Below, one piece after another: positions 43,348 through 57,997 of a stretch of 64,000 nt of DNA. Numbering within the stretch: the first letter of the stretch is position 1; every line of letters starts with the position of its first letter. The stretch is from Eledone cirrhosa. Taxonomy: Eukaryota. Below the pieces are notes generated by a model that was not told where the DNA came from, did not search any database, and saw nothing but the letters and a program-made list of their open reading frames with translations. Where the stretch lies: the NCBI GenBank assembly GCA_964016885.1, contig OZ024741.1:150784001-150848000 (forward strand). The letters are read 5' to 3'. Position numbers and translations under genes: made by a program.

Positions 43348-43520
43348 ATACAGAAATGGCTCCTACAGGACTAGAACTGTTTCATTCAGGAGAAATCATC
43401 AGGAATGAAAGAGTTCTAGTCCTGTAGAAGCCATTTCTATATTAAATATTTATACTCTGCCATGTATTGAGTACCTTACTTACTGTGGTTACCCCCGATT
43501 GAACCCGGGATAAACTGATA
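43348..43520 (+). mobile_element. Family C fold-back element
   Basis: Homologous to 16102-16290; HHR core on the - strand at ~43369-43402. Confidence 0.8.
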
Positions 43521-43604
43521 TATATATATATATATAATAAAATAAAATAAAATAAAATAAAGTAAAATAAAAAGTCAAATCTTTAAAATTTAGCTTCGTT
43601 TATT

Positions 43605-43659
43605 ACTGCTATATATATTTCGGTGACAGCCATCTTTGGCTGTGACCTCTTCAGGCAGT
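43605..43659 (-). ncRNA. Intact type I hammerhead ribozyme
   Basis: actgc-CTGAAGA-ggtcacagcca-aaga-tggctgtcacc-GAAA-tatataTA-gcagt. Confidence 0.88.
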
Positions 43660-43929
43660 CCGAATTACTGTGGTATAGACAAGTACATATGTTGTTGAGG
43701 TGTATAATTTTGTCAATACTCTGATATGCCCAGTTCCTGGTTAGGTTGTTATTTCTCTGAGGAACTGGATACATATCTGCGTCCAGAAATAGCCGTCGTA
43801 ACGGCTTGAGCTCTGCCGCCGGGGTCATACTTTCTACTCCCCTCCCCACTCTCAAGAGCGTGAACCTAATAAACCTTTATTTGTCTGCCTCTCTGTTTTG
43901 TTCCCGTCCAAATTTGCACTATATATATA

Positions 43930-44896
<967 letters not shown>

Positions 44897-44899
44897 GAG

Positions 44900-45197
44900 A
44901 GAGATTACAGTAATCAAAGTTCAGTTTAAGTCATTTATTTGCTTACAATTGTTTCCTCCAAACCGAGGTTTGGAGGAAACAATTGTAAGCAAATAAATGA
45001 CTTAAACTGAACTTTGATTACTGTAATCTCTATATAACTGCTCTGTATAACAACTGATGTTATTACATTGAGCTATTTAACTTACTGGTAATAGGATAGT
45101 AATTAAAGACTATCTCTCACTATTTAGGGTTTGTGTATATATAATATATTACCATCAAAGGTTTTATTGCATACATAACCGTAAATAGTACCCTTAA

Positions 45198-45200
<3 letters not shown>
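44900..45200 (+). mobile_element. Fold-back element centred on HHR stem II
   Basis: Palindrome 44900-45031: ctccaaacc-ga-ggtttggag-GAAAC-aatt-GTA. Confidence 0.8.
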
Positions 45201-45247
<47 letters not shown>

Positions 45248-45315
45248 GTAGGAGGTGAGTTTTATTGTAGCACAATAAAGCAATGCAAATATCGGATAAG
45301 TACCACTCAACAGTT

Positions 45316-45532
<217 letters not shown>

Positions 45533-45548
45533 TTGAGTGGTACTTATG

Positions 45549-45637
<89 letters not shown>

Positions 45638-45641
<4 letters not shown>

Positions 45642-45828
45642 CGAAGGAAATGTGGTAAGGAACCAGGTGGACCATAACGCACCAAAGTACTCAATACTTA
45701 GGGTAGTAGAGTGGGTAATAGGAACAAGTAAGACTCCGACGGCTGAACTCAAGCCGTTTCGACGGCTAATTTAGTACAGAATTAGCCGTCGAAACGGCTT
45801 GAGCTCAGCCGTCGGGGTCTTACTTGTT

Positions 45829-45833
<5 letters not shown>
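45638..45833 (-). mobile_element. Family A fold-back element
   Basis: Near-identical to 8871-9078. Confidence 0.9.
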
Positions 45834-45890
<57 letters not shown>

Positions 45891-47044
45891 TATATGTTTG
45901 TGTGTGTTGTAGATCAATTCGAAAATATATGAGTATATAGATAGTAGTTTGTAATAGCTTCTATATTTGTTGCGATATTCTATAATTCTCTGTATCTGTA
46001 ATCAACTGGAAGCTAAAAACAAACTATTGCTTAAATACATATATGGCGTAACTTAGTTACTGGTTAACACATTGATGTTCTAATTATGAACACAGCCACC
46101 AATAGTACATCTTGCTATTAGTTTATAACTGTGTGGTTGTGTAGATGTATATACATGTGTGTGTAGGTATGTACAGGTGTGTGTGTGTGTGTGTGGGTGT
46201 GAGCTTCGTGTGGGGTTAATACGAGTATGTTTGTCCGTAGGATTTGCATAGGTTTCTGAAAGAGTTTTTTGTGTAGCAAGCGTGTAGCATGTTTTACGTA
46301 TGTCTGTGTGTATGTGATTGAGTAATTGTGTGTTTATGTTTGTATGGCAGTCTATCATTTTCTATGTGGGTTTCCGTGTGGGTTACTGATTACGTGACTG
46401 TGTGGCGTCTGTGTATGGTTTTACGTATATTTGTACGTGTGTGTGTGTGTGCTTGTGTGTATGTTTGAGTGTGATTTACTGATTGCGCGATTGTGTGAGA
46501 TTTTGTGTGTGTGTGATTTTACCTATGTTTGAGTGCATCTGTGTGTTTGTATGTTTGTGTGTGTGTGAGAGTGTTTGTCAGTGGCGTATATTTGTATGTT
46601 TGCATATGTATGTGCGCTTCTGTGTGTATGTGAAGGTATTTGTGAGATGATTATTTTGGTGTATATTTGAATGCATGCATGTGTATTTGTGTACGTTTGT
46701 GAAGTAAATGTGTGCGTGTGCCTGCTTGTGTCCGCATATGTGTGTGTTTACGTGTTAGTTTGTGCGTTGTGTATCGAGCTAAATATATGCATTCATGTTT
46801 TGTTTGATTTTAGGCAAACATCAATGATGTATTTTCGATCCCCGTCTGAATCAAGGCGTTTCATTTTCTCTTCGTATAGACATTCGCGTTTATTCTTTCA
46901 GTGGTTACCTTCATTAGATTGCGATCATGCTGGGACACCGCCATGAAGAGATTTAATATCGACCCCAATAATTTTATTCAAGTCAGGTCGATTTATATTT
47001 TCCTGATATTGCCGAACTAGAACATAAACAAGCAATAAACGTGA

Positions 47045-47075
<31 letters not shown>

Positions 47076-47544
47076 CTTACATATATATGTATGTATGTAA
47101 AAGGTAAACAGAAATAACAACAGAATCAGTACAGTATATGGAAGGAATATATTAGGTTAACGCTTGAAATAGCAGGAAGAGGGTTTTAATGTTTCGGACG
47201 GTAGTCCTTCATCAGAAGAAAGAATAGAGACAGTGAGTGGAACCCTTTCGTTACATAATTAATATGTAATTGTAAATGGTTTCGAGCCGGATAATGAGTG
47301 AAACACAAGTAAGGAAAATATATACATGCTAAATAAATACTTCTCTCTCTCTCTCCCTCTTGATGGTGATGATGGTGTTGGTGTTGGTGATGATGTTGAT
47401 GGTGACGGTGTTGGTGATGATGATGGTGACGGTGTTAATGGTAAAGATGATGATGATGGTGATGGGGATCATCATGATGACGACATTGTTGATGGTGATG
47501 ATATATATATATATATATATATAATACAATTATATATATATATA

Positions 47545-47730
47545 TAATTGTTTCTACTTTAGGCACAAGGCCAGCAATTACCCAGTACATTACTGGTACA
47601 TTATTTTATCGACCCCGTAAGGATGAAAGGCAAAGTTAACCTCGGCGGGATTTGAACTCAGACTGTAAAGGGACGTAACTATGCTAGAAGGCATGGCGTC
47701 CAACCCTCTACCGATACTGCCAATTCACCG
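47545..47730 (-). mobile_element. Nin-type tRNA SINE
   Basis: Reverse complement of the 6845-7030 type. Confidence 0.88.
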
Positions 47731-47878
47731 ATAATGTATATATATATGTGTGTGTGTAAATATATATAAATATAAATTAAGTACTCATTTTCAGAGAAAT
47801 TTCACAAATGAACACTTAGGCACACACACACACAGCAAACACACACATAAATACATGCATACACCAACACACCAACAC

Positions 47879-47912
<34 letters not shown>

Positions 47913-48159
47913 ATATATATGTGTGTGTGTGTGTGTGTGTGTCTGTGAGCATGTATATATTTATAGCTTTTGTCATTGTTTGATTCGTCCAGTGAATTAC
48001 AACTAATTAACGTTTCAGACGACATCTTAATAAAATTAACGTAAAAGATTAGAAGGAGACACTTTTATAACTTCTTTTAACAATATGTCTACATGGCTGT
48101 AGCTTGTATACATATATATATATATATGTATATGTATATATATACATATATATATATAT

Positions 48160-48356
48160 ATAACGAAGGAAATGTGGTAAGGAACCAGGTGGACTATAAC
48201 GCACCAAAGTACTCAATACTTAGGGTAGTAGAGTGGGTAATAGGAACGAGTAGGACCCCGACGGCTCAGCTCAAGCCGTTTCGACGGCTAATTTGAGTCC
48301 AGAATTAGCCGTCGAAACGGCTTGAGCTCAGCCGTCGGGGTCCTACTCGTTCCTAT
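48160..48356 (-). mobile_element. Family A fold-back element (variant)
   Basis: Both arms carry gaacGagtaGgacccc. Confidence 0.9.
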
Positions 48357-48413
48357 ATATATATATATATAGATATATATTCATATGTATATATATATAT
48401 ATTTATATGGGTG

Positions 48414-48444
<31 letters not shown>

Positions 48445-48478
48445 ATGTATGTATGTATGTATGTATGTATGTATGTTA

Positions 48479-48755
48479 TGTCGGGTCACCACTTGGTGCT
48501 ACTGGTAACATGTATTCCAGTACAACCTGTCTCATGGTCGGGTCGTTGGCGACTAAACTGGCAACCCCACCAAGGTTTCTTGGTGAGGAGGGTGACTTTG
48601 GACATCCTGCAGGACTAAAAACAAAACCTGTCAAAGGGCAAAGGATCTCTTAAGAGTCAATGGCCATCCAAAATCACCGGGAGAGATGACCCCTTAGCCT
48701 TTGTCAAGGCAGAATTCTAGGAGAAGGAAAACTCTGATATAACACCTGCAACCCT
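48479..48755 (+). mobile_element. RTE-type LINE 5' UTR fragment
   Basis: ggcagaattctaggagaaggaaaactctga motif typical of RTE 5' UTRs; follows (TATG)n. Confidence 0.55.
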
Positions 48756-49090
48756 GATGGTATCCAATGATGTTGACTTGTTCTTCTTTTTGGTAAATAT
48801 CATCTTGGTTAAGAGAGTGGGACTGGCTTTGTGCAGTGCCTTTGCTCACTATAAAAGCTTCACGGCACAGGCATTGCTTTATATCTGGAGATCTCTCTGC
48901 ACTTGTCATCACAGGGTACCATGGGCCCAGCACTATGTGTCAGTAATTGTCACAAGTGTAGTGTTTGTACCAAAGTTTTCAAGTCGCTGGCTGGACTAAA
49001 AAGTCACACTCGTTCAGCGCATCAGTAGGGGTTCTCCTACATGGATATAAAGTAGTGGCCGTACTCGAAAACGAGTTGGCAGCCACCACC

Positions 49091-49121
<31 letters not shown>

Positions 49122-49178
49122 TGTATGTATGTGTGTGTGTGTGTATGTATATATACGTATACATATATATATATGTAC

Positions 49179-49227
<49 letters not shown>

Positions 49228-49289
49228 CACATATATAAATGGAAGTACAGCATATTCGAAGCCATGGCCTCAGCTAAGCCGACGAATAA

Positions 49290-49413
<124 letters not shown>

Positions 49414-50809
49414 TATATATATATATATATTATTTATATAAATAATCTGTTCGAAGCTCAACTAAGTTAACAAAGTAATGCATAGCAACAATAGCAGCGG
49501 CAGCTTCAATAGTAACAGCAACAGTAGCGGCAGCTGCAGCAGAAGAAGCATCTGCTGCAGCAGCAGCAGCATCATTATCAACAACAACAACAGCTGCAGC
49601 AGCAGGGGTAGTAGTTTTAGTAGTAGTAATAATACTAGTAGTAGTAGCAGTCGTAGTTATGAGATCGACTCTACTTAGACAATCTGTAATAACTCTGTTG
49701 AACTTTATATTCAGACATCTCAATTTAATGGCCGTTGTTGTTCTTGTGGTTATTGAGGTTAGTGTTTTAGTGATAGTAGCTGTCGTGTTATTAGCTGTTG
49801 TTGGAATCGTAGTAGCTGGTTGTCGCTTTTGTTGTAGTGGCAGGGATTTTTGCTGGTGTAGTATTGGCTATTGTTATTGTTGTAGTGGTGCCTTCTATTC
49901 TTCCGAGGCCGATGAATAAAGTACCTGTAAAGTACTAGGGTCGATGTTATCGACTTTACGTTTCCCCATTGCTTGTCTTGTGTCTAAAAGTTAGAAGCAC
50001 ACGTAACAAATGGCATTAACCACTGTGTTATTGCCACTTTTTGTGTAAGATGTGCCAAAGTCACGAAAAATAGTATTGCTCATGAACCCACAAGGCTACT
50101 CCAGTACTGTTCCCCAATACTTGAGCAGAGTCAAAAGCCACAAAATTGACGAGGCAGGCAAGGACGTTGTTACACTTGTTCTAGTAGCACCCTCAGTTAT
50201 AACACCACTTGTATTTCTGAGGATGTCGAGGAAGTCTACCTCCCTTCGGTTCATGAAGTAGATGATGCAAGAAAGCTCCTCCTGAGATAGTAGAGAAAGT
50301 GAGATCACGCACAGTCTCAAAGGTAAATGACGCCGAAATCTTTCCTGTTAAGAGTACCCACCCTTCATCCATTGTTGAGGATGAAGACGAAATTGAGGTT
50401 GAATAAAGCCGACAGCCTGTTGTAACAAGATTAAAAGGGAGAAAGAAAAAAGAAAGAAAACATAAAATCTTTAAAATGAGGTTAAACAGTATGATTCATT
50501 TAAATACTCGGCCTTCAGAGCCAGCAACTTTGGTTTGTTCATAAAGTTTATGATTTGGAGGAGATAAACCCACGCAGCATATGAAGGTAGACATAAATTA
50601 ATAATTTTATACTTACTGCATATTATTTTTTCAAATGCTGTCTGTCTGTTATATAACCTCCTTGCCCTTACTCACGTTTTAAAACATTTTGTTTGTCCTG
50701 CACCCCATGTATTGTACCCCTATGTTATATATTCATCCCTAACGTAATTCACAAACAGAACCAATAATGTGTCAGTCTGGACATTTTAATTACATCTACA
50801 CTCAATCTG

Positions 50810-50960
50810 TCCGTCTTCCTCACAGTTTCCGTTTAGCAAAATTGTCTCACAAGATTTAAGTCGACTCGAAATAGATTCACTAAAGATGCTACACAGCGGG
50901 GTTGAATCCACGGCCTCATGATTACGAAGAAAACTTCTTAAACACCCAGCCATACCTGCT
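50810..50960 (-). mobile_element. Degenerate tRNA-derived SINE
   Basis: Minus strand reads ggtatggctgggtgtttaag..ggattcaacccc.. Confidence 0.6.
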
Positions 50961-51527
50961 TCCACAACGTTGTACGATGTTCGCTCTACTCACATGACAC
51001 TGGAGGCGATTCCTTTAACTATAGTGATGTCTATTAATGTAGAAACAGAGGTAATTATCCGACAGGAGGAGGTGGGGGAGGTTAAAGGAGAAGAAGAAGA
51101 GGGGAAAAAAAGAAGACGAAGAAGAAGAAGATAATGATGGTGATGAAGAAGAAGACTTTGACTGCAAGTGAGAGGTGTAAGTGGCCACAACTGACCATAT
51201 TGAAATCAATGAGGTCTGATGAACCATTATGTTATTATCGATTGATTGGAATTATCACGAAAGGTCAAGCAATTGGATTACATTGTCGTAGATGAGCTGG
51301 AGGGGGAATCTTAGCTAAATGATTTCCACACACACTTCCACACACACCCGTGATGATGCCGCTGTTGCATATCTACCAATAAACACTCACCTGCTTGTAT
51401 TGTATATATGTGTGCTGCTGTGTATTCATAGTAGGGGTGTATACGCACATATCTCTTGCATTATATATTACACACTCATGTATACATACATATACACACA
51501 TATATATGATATATATTCATATATATA

Positions 51528-51581
<54 letters not shown>

Positions 51582-51920
51582 AGTATACACACACACATAT
51601 ATATATTCACGGACACTCACGTGCGTGTGTGTGCACACACACATGTGTACATACATACAAATACATTAGAGATTAGAAGAGACTATAGACTAGTAAAGTA
51701 ACAAAGTTTGTGTGAAACAGTTAGAAAGTTAAAGCCAGAGAAACCAACACACAGATTTGATAAAAGACAGCGATATATACACACAAGTAATTGGACGATA
51801 GTGTATAGAAACAGTAGCAAAAGTACTCAATACTAAGTCTAGAGTAATATAAATAATTTCTTCTCATTGGGAAAGGCTCTCTACTAGAATGTACTTTTTT
51901 ACAATTTTTTTATAAACATC

Positions 51921-53822
51921 TTGAAGACCTTTATTACAATTAAAGAGGGTGATAAAGGGAGTGCAGTAGTCCTAATCGAGACAGAATTCTATATCAACTT
52001 AGCGCTCTCCACTTTGGAAAATGAAACATACTACGAAAAGGCTGAACACTACAATCAACAGAAAATTATGAGAAACCTAACAACTCTGATCAACCCCTAC
52101 AAAGAAGGACTCACTAACAAAGAATTCAGCTTCCTCACAGACTTCACAAGTAAATCCAGCCTTTTCTACGGTATCCCTAAAGTACATAAAAGCGAATTAA
52201 TAAGTAAGGCATGCAAGGAAGCCATAGACTTGGTCATCAATGTCCCCTCACCTAATGATCTCAAATTAAGACCTATAATAGCAAGCCTCGCTTGCGAAAC
52301 CCACCGCCTTAGCAACTTCATTGATACGCTTCTCAAGCCTCTTCTCAAACACATTAAAAGCTACATAAAGGACGACCTAGATTAGCTCAACCACCTCCCT
52401 AATATACCCCTTACTGAACAAACCCTACTAGTGACGTTCGATGTAGTCAACCTATACTCAAACATCCCCCACAACCTAGGAATAGAAGCTATCCAATTCT
52501 GGCTGGATAATTACCCCAATGAACTCCCACAACGCATCAAAAAAGAATTTGTGATAGAAGGACTCAAATTTATCTTGGTAAATAATTACTTCGTTTTCAA
52601 TAACAAATTCTACAGGCAGAAATCTGGGACCGCTATGGGAACGAAAACGGCCCCCACTTATGCCAGCCTAATTATGGGATACCTGGAAATCACCATCTAC
52701 ACTAAAGTACCAAACACATTTGGAAACACTCTCCACTTACACATAGAAAAGAACTGGAAGAGATATCTAGATGACTGTTTCATCCTTTGGCACGAAAAAT
52801 TCGAGAAACTTAAAGAATTTCACACCCTTATAAATAGGGTCAGCACGAATATTAATTTTACAATGGAATACAGCCATCAACAACTCCCCTTCCTCGACAT
52901 CCTCATTAAGATTCATAACAAAAAATAGAAACAGACATATACTACAAGCCCACAGACTCCAAGCAATATCTTCCTTTCAATTTATGCCACCCTAGACACG
53001 TTAAAATTAATATTCCCTACAACTTAGCCAAGAGAATCTGTACTATAATTTCCAATAAAAACACCTGTTACTTACGTCTACAAGAACTAAAGGACACACT
53101 CATAAGTAGGGACTACCCTGCATCACTAATTGACAATGGAATCCAACGTGCCCTAAAACTCAGTACCCAGGACCTTAGACACCCTAAAGTTAATCAACCG
53201 AAACTAAAAGCTCTTCCATACATCTCCACACAACCCCCTCAACAATGAGGCCTTTGACACCATCCTCCAGAACATCCCTGTATTAAAAAAGGACTATAGA
53301 ATGAACCAAATTCTTCGAACACACGATATCATAAAGAGAAAAAGACAATCTAAGTCAATGAAAAACATCCTAACACATGCCAAAGTGCTGCCAACCACAA
53401 CAACGAAACCCACAGTAAAAAAATGCGATAGACCCAACTGTGGTATATGCATCAACCTAATAGAGGGTTCGGAATTCTATTTCAAACAAGGATAACGTTT
53501 TATAGTAAAACACAATTTCACATGCGCATCAGAAAACCTAATATATGTATTAACTTGCTCTGGTTGTCGAGAACAATACATAGGCCAGACTAAAAACAGC
53601 CTCCGCCAACGGATGACTGTCCATAGATCCCAAATCAAAATACGGGAATACAGAAAAATAGTACTGAGTGAACACATTGTTACCTGTGCCGCCCAAAATC
53701 ATCCCAACTTTAGAATCTTTCCCCTCTACACATTTAAAGATAATGCCACCCACACCCAACGCATCAGCAAGGAATCTCACTTTATTAACAAATACGGACC
53801 CCGTCTAAACACTTCTTCCTAA
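51921..53822 (+). pseudogene. Penelope-like element ORF (RT plus GIY-YIG endonuclease), 5' truncated, with a few stops and frameshifts
   Basis: DKGSAVV, FYGIPKVHK, FDVVNLY, GTAMG, RYLDD, LPFLD, YYKPTD, CDRPNCGIC, NLIYVLTCSGCREQYIGQT..RMTVHR. Confidence 0.93.
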
Positions 53823-54611
53823 GACGAACCCACAATATACACACGTTGACATACATACCTACATCAGCATACGTCCTACATACATTTCTATCTACATATA
53901 AACACAATGACATACGTAAACACACATGTTCTATGGTGCAACACAAATATACACAAATTTGTATACCTTTCGATGTTTATAGATATACACGTGCCGACGC
54001 GCACACATACACATACGCACACATGTATTGCACATTGATGGGTGCATACATATTTGTACACAAGTATCCCATACGGCTGGGCCTAATGGATTTCTTTTGC
54101 AGTACGTACAATCTGGACTCACACACGCCTTGTTGTTATGACAATACTATACATCATTTCACCTCTTTTATTATTGATGTTACTGATGTTCTTTTGGGAG
54201 AATCGTTTTTGCAAATGACTGAAAATATCGAATAATGTACGCCATTTTTACCAGTACCACACAAATATTGGTCCATCCACACACACACACACACGCGCAT
54301 GCACACGCGAACACTAACATACAGACAGACATACACACACACTTCTCCGTATGAGACAAGAGCTGAAAAATATGTTTCAACATGTTAAAATAAACCCCAC
54401 CCCCTACACACATGTACACACACATTCCTACTGACCGATTCATTTCCATTATCACAACAATGAACCACTTTGCTACAGACACATACACACACAGACACAC
54501 ACACACACAGACACACACACACACATATTTGTCTTAATAGACACCTGACCTGTTGACCTCTCAACATGACTGCAACTCAATCAAGCGGAAAACGACACTC
54601 TTCGACAACCT

Positions 54612-54770
54612 ACATTTGGCGCGAAACCAGTTAGCGCTAAAATCAATTTAAACATTCACGTGACTTTTACCGACCAATCAAAATTGTTTTGACTACAAGA
54701 ATTTTTGCAACACGAATTGGCGCGAAATTTATAGTGCTTATTCACGTGACATTCAACAACCAACCAAATT
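54612..54770 (+). promoter_or_regulatory. Duplicated E2F / E-box / CCAAT module in the PLE pLTR
   Basis: TTGGCGCGAAA x2, TCACGTGA x2, ACCAATCA and ACCAACCA in the same order. Confidence 0.5.
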
Positions 54771-54857
54771 TTAATATCTCCTAAGCCACTTTTTTCACAT
54801 AAAACAAGAAGAATTTCCAAAACTGAGCAAAAATCACGAGCACTCTATGTCAAAATT

Positions 54858-54895
54858 ATTTTTGAAAAGCATAAGAAATGCGCAACCGGTAAAAA
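54858..54895 (+). ncRNA. HHR in the PLE 3' pLTR (U3-A8; A13C lesion)
   Basis: ttt-TTGAAAA-gcat-aagaa-atgc-GCAAC-cg-GTA-aaa. Confidence 0.65.
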
Positions 54896-55005
54896 CTTAA
54901 AACTAAAACTGAATACTAACTAATACTTATTACTAATTTATAGTTATTCCTAATTAAACTATTTTTCACTGGAAAAAATTTGTCAGCATTTCCTTTTCAT
55001 TAATA

Positions 55006-55098
<93 letters not shown>

Positions 55099-55113
55099 TC
55101 TCTTTCTCCCTGT

Positions 55114-55149
<36 letters not shown>

Positions 55150-55172
55150 TTATATATATATATATATATATA

Positions 55173-55249
<77 letters not shown>

Positions 55250-56687
55250 GGAAAACAATGAAACGAAATTTCATTTCTCACTCTTAGTACGGCAGTTACT
55301 TAAATATAAGTATATACACGTACATACATATATGTATACAGACGTACAGTAGTATGTATATATATATATACATACATGCACACATATATATATGTACGTA
55401 TGGATTCACTGAACATTTATTATATTGCTCGGTGTGTTTGTAAACAAACATCCCGAATTAAGCCGTACAGTGACTAGCAACCATCGTTGCACATTTGTTC
55501 AACCCTGACAAAGGAACGCTGTACCAGTTTCAAGCTTATTAGCTATCGTCAGCAATGTATACCTTCCTGCCAGATGATTGAATGTCTGAAAGTATATACT
55601 TTCCTTATGCATATTAACGGCTGAGCAGCCTAATTTGCATATCGAGTGAGTTAATCGGCCGGGGTACCGAAAACGATAAAGGGAAAAAATGAAACGGATT
55701 GTTTGTTGATATAAATGGAAGTGTGTTTTCTTTTGGTTCATTTATTTAACCGTTAGTAAATCTTGAATATTTATATTTTTCGCTTTTTCTGTTCCACTTT
55801 ACATTAAACTGGAAGAAAAGTTTGGAGGATTTTGTAATTCTCTCAGCGGTTGGTCTCGTATTATGTGCTAGAAACAGTTATGCACATTCGTTTGCCAAAG
55901 TAAAACTAAAATGTGCGTGTGTATGTTTAGGATGGCAGAACGTGAATAGTAAATATTGTTTTGAGTCTGGGGGTTTATAATAGATATCCGTTTCTATCCA
56001 CCCATGTATGATCTTTATCAAAATATCTAAAAAGGGAGTTCTTCCTTACTAAATTCTATTGTAAATTCAATATTGGTAATAATGGTTTTAATAATATTTT
56101 AATATTCCTCTTGTGCATCTATCATATCATAAAAGTCAAAATAGAACAGTCAAGAAACGTTTTTCAATTTTCTTTGAGGCATGAATAAAAGTTGATTCGA
56201 AATTTGTTTTGTAAATCTTCATAAATATTTCTTTCATGTGTGTGTGTGTAGTGGTGCTCATTTAGTATCCATGGCTACTCTGGAACATAAAATTATTGTT
56301 TTGTAGAATAAACCTGAGACCTTCAATGAAGAAATTTGTTTCTATACGAGCCGATAATTCGAATTGGTACGTGTTGAGCCAATATGGAATAGCTTCTATT
56401 CCATAATTGTGTGTATTAACTAACCACATCGAATGGAACAATAATTGTTACGTCTTGATTTTCTCTTTCTAGTGTTTCAGCATATCTGGGTCATCCTGAA
56501 TAAAGATTGATACATATTTTATATGTATGGTCTCATAACTCTCGGAGGAGTCGTAGGGCCGGTCTATGACATCCGGCATTTCTTGGGCATTTTAAAAACC
56601 TGGCGGAACCCATTCCTCTTCAGGTTTGAATACAGAAAATTTCTTCAAGAGAAAAATAGAGAGTGAGAGAATTGAGACATAGAAGAA

Positions 56688-56835
56688 GAATCGACCCCAG
56701 TACTAGACTGGTATTTTTTTATCGACCTCAAACGGATAACCTCGGTGGGATTTGAATTCCAGGGTAGATAACCGAAACGAATACCACAAAGCATTCTATC
56801 CGATATTCTAACAACTCTGCCAATTCGCCGCCAAT
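56688..56835 (-). mobile_element. Nin-type SINE, diverged
   Basis: Minus strand reads ggcggcgaattggcag..gaattcaaatccc..ggtcgataaaa..taccag. Confidence 0.75.
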
Positions 56836-56999
56836 GGTATTTTAGAAAAAGGTTTTTATAGAATACCCAAGAAATTATTTAGTCTCTGCGTTTCGCATGT
56901 TGGGCCTGCGAAATAAATATTTTAGTGAAGGCAATTCAAAGTATATTAATTTAGATTTTTGTCATACTTCAATTATTTGTTTATTTTTACAAACCTTCG

Positions 57000-57830
57000 G
57001 TTAGCCATAAAAAATCCTTGTTTTATATTTGAACTTTATTAGTAATCCATTTTGTTATGTGTTAATTATCTTCGACACAGATTTAATAATGTACTAATAA
57101 GTATTATCTTCTTGCATATTTTTGACGAGTTCTGTATAGTAATAGGTTACTACAATGACAACTGTGCTTCCTTTGTCGGCTTCCTTACTTATAATGCCAG
57201 TGTCGTGTAGTTCTTCGTGGGTTTTCCCATTCTAGTGTTGAGAAATTTGGTCGACATTCCTCTTTTCTACAGAAAAATTATCTAGTGTTTCATTTCTTTC
57301 TTTCTTATGGGGGTGGAGTTAAACATTACTTTTATTTCGGATTATCGATTTGTCATCAAATTTATCTTTTTCAAAGAAAAGTTCAGTTAATTTTAATTTT
57401 CGACAACATTCTGTGATATCGTTTTTACATTTCAGTATATTAGATTTTTGTGAGACAGATATAAACTTCAGGCTTTTACAAAGAATATCGATTTGGATAC
57501 GATTTAATTTGTCCTTAGATAAGTTTATTACCAGTAATTTGTCGGGTTCCAACTGGTGTCTTTGTGTCTCCGTATTTGGTGTAAAAAACGACTGCCTTGG
57601 TGTGGCTATGTTCTGACAGGAAATCTACTGTTTTGGTATTTCTGTCGAGTAATCTTTAATAGTTGTGGTATAGTTGTGGTGCACAACGACTTCCGTATTC
57701 GTTGTATTGTACGTATCTGAGTTTCTTTTATTGCTTTTTTTAATATGGTTATCCATTTTAGACATGTTGTTTTCCACTCGATAGTTTGTAGATATATGTT
57801 TTCTATGTATTGGTGCATTTTGTATACGAT
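57000..57830 (-). pseudogene. Penelope-like ORF N-terminal fragment
   Basis: VINLSK..ILCKSLKFI and KEADKGSTVVI. Confidence 0.75.
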
Positions 57831-57964
57831 CGTTATACACGTATGTATATATATACATACATACATATGTATATACATACATATAGATATATGTATATAC
57901 AGGTATATACACACACACACATACATATATATACATACATATATACATAAATATGTATGTATAG

Positions 57965-57997
<33 letters not shown>

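Noticed and set aside
49005-49092. Second HDV-like fold on the minus strand
   Set aside because: P1- and P2-like pairings exist, but P3 and P1.1 cannot be formed consistently.
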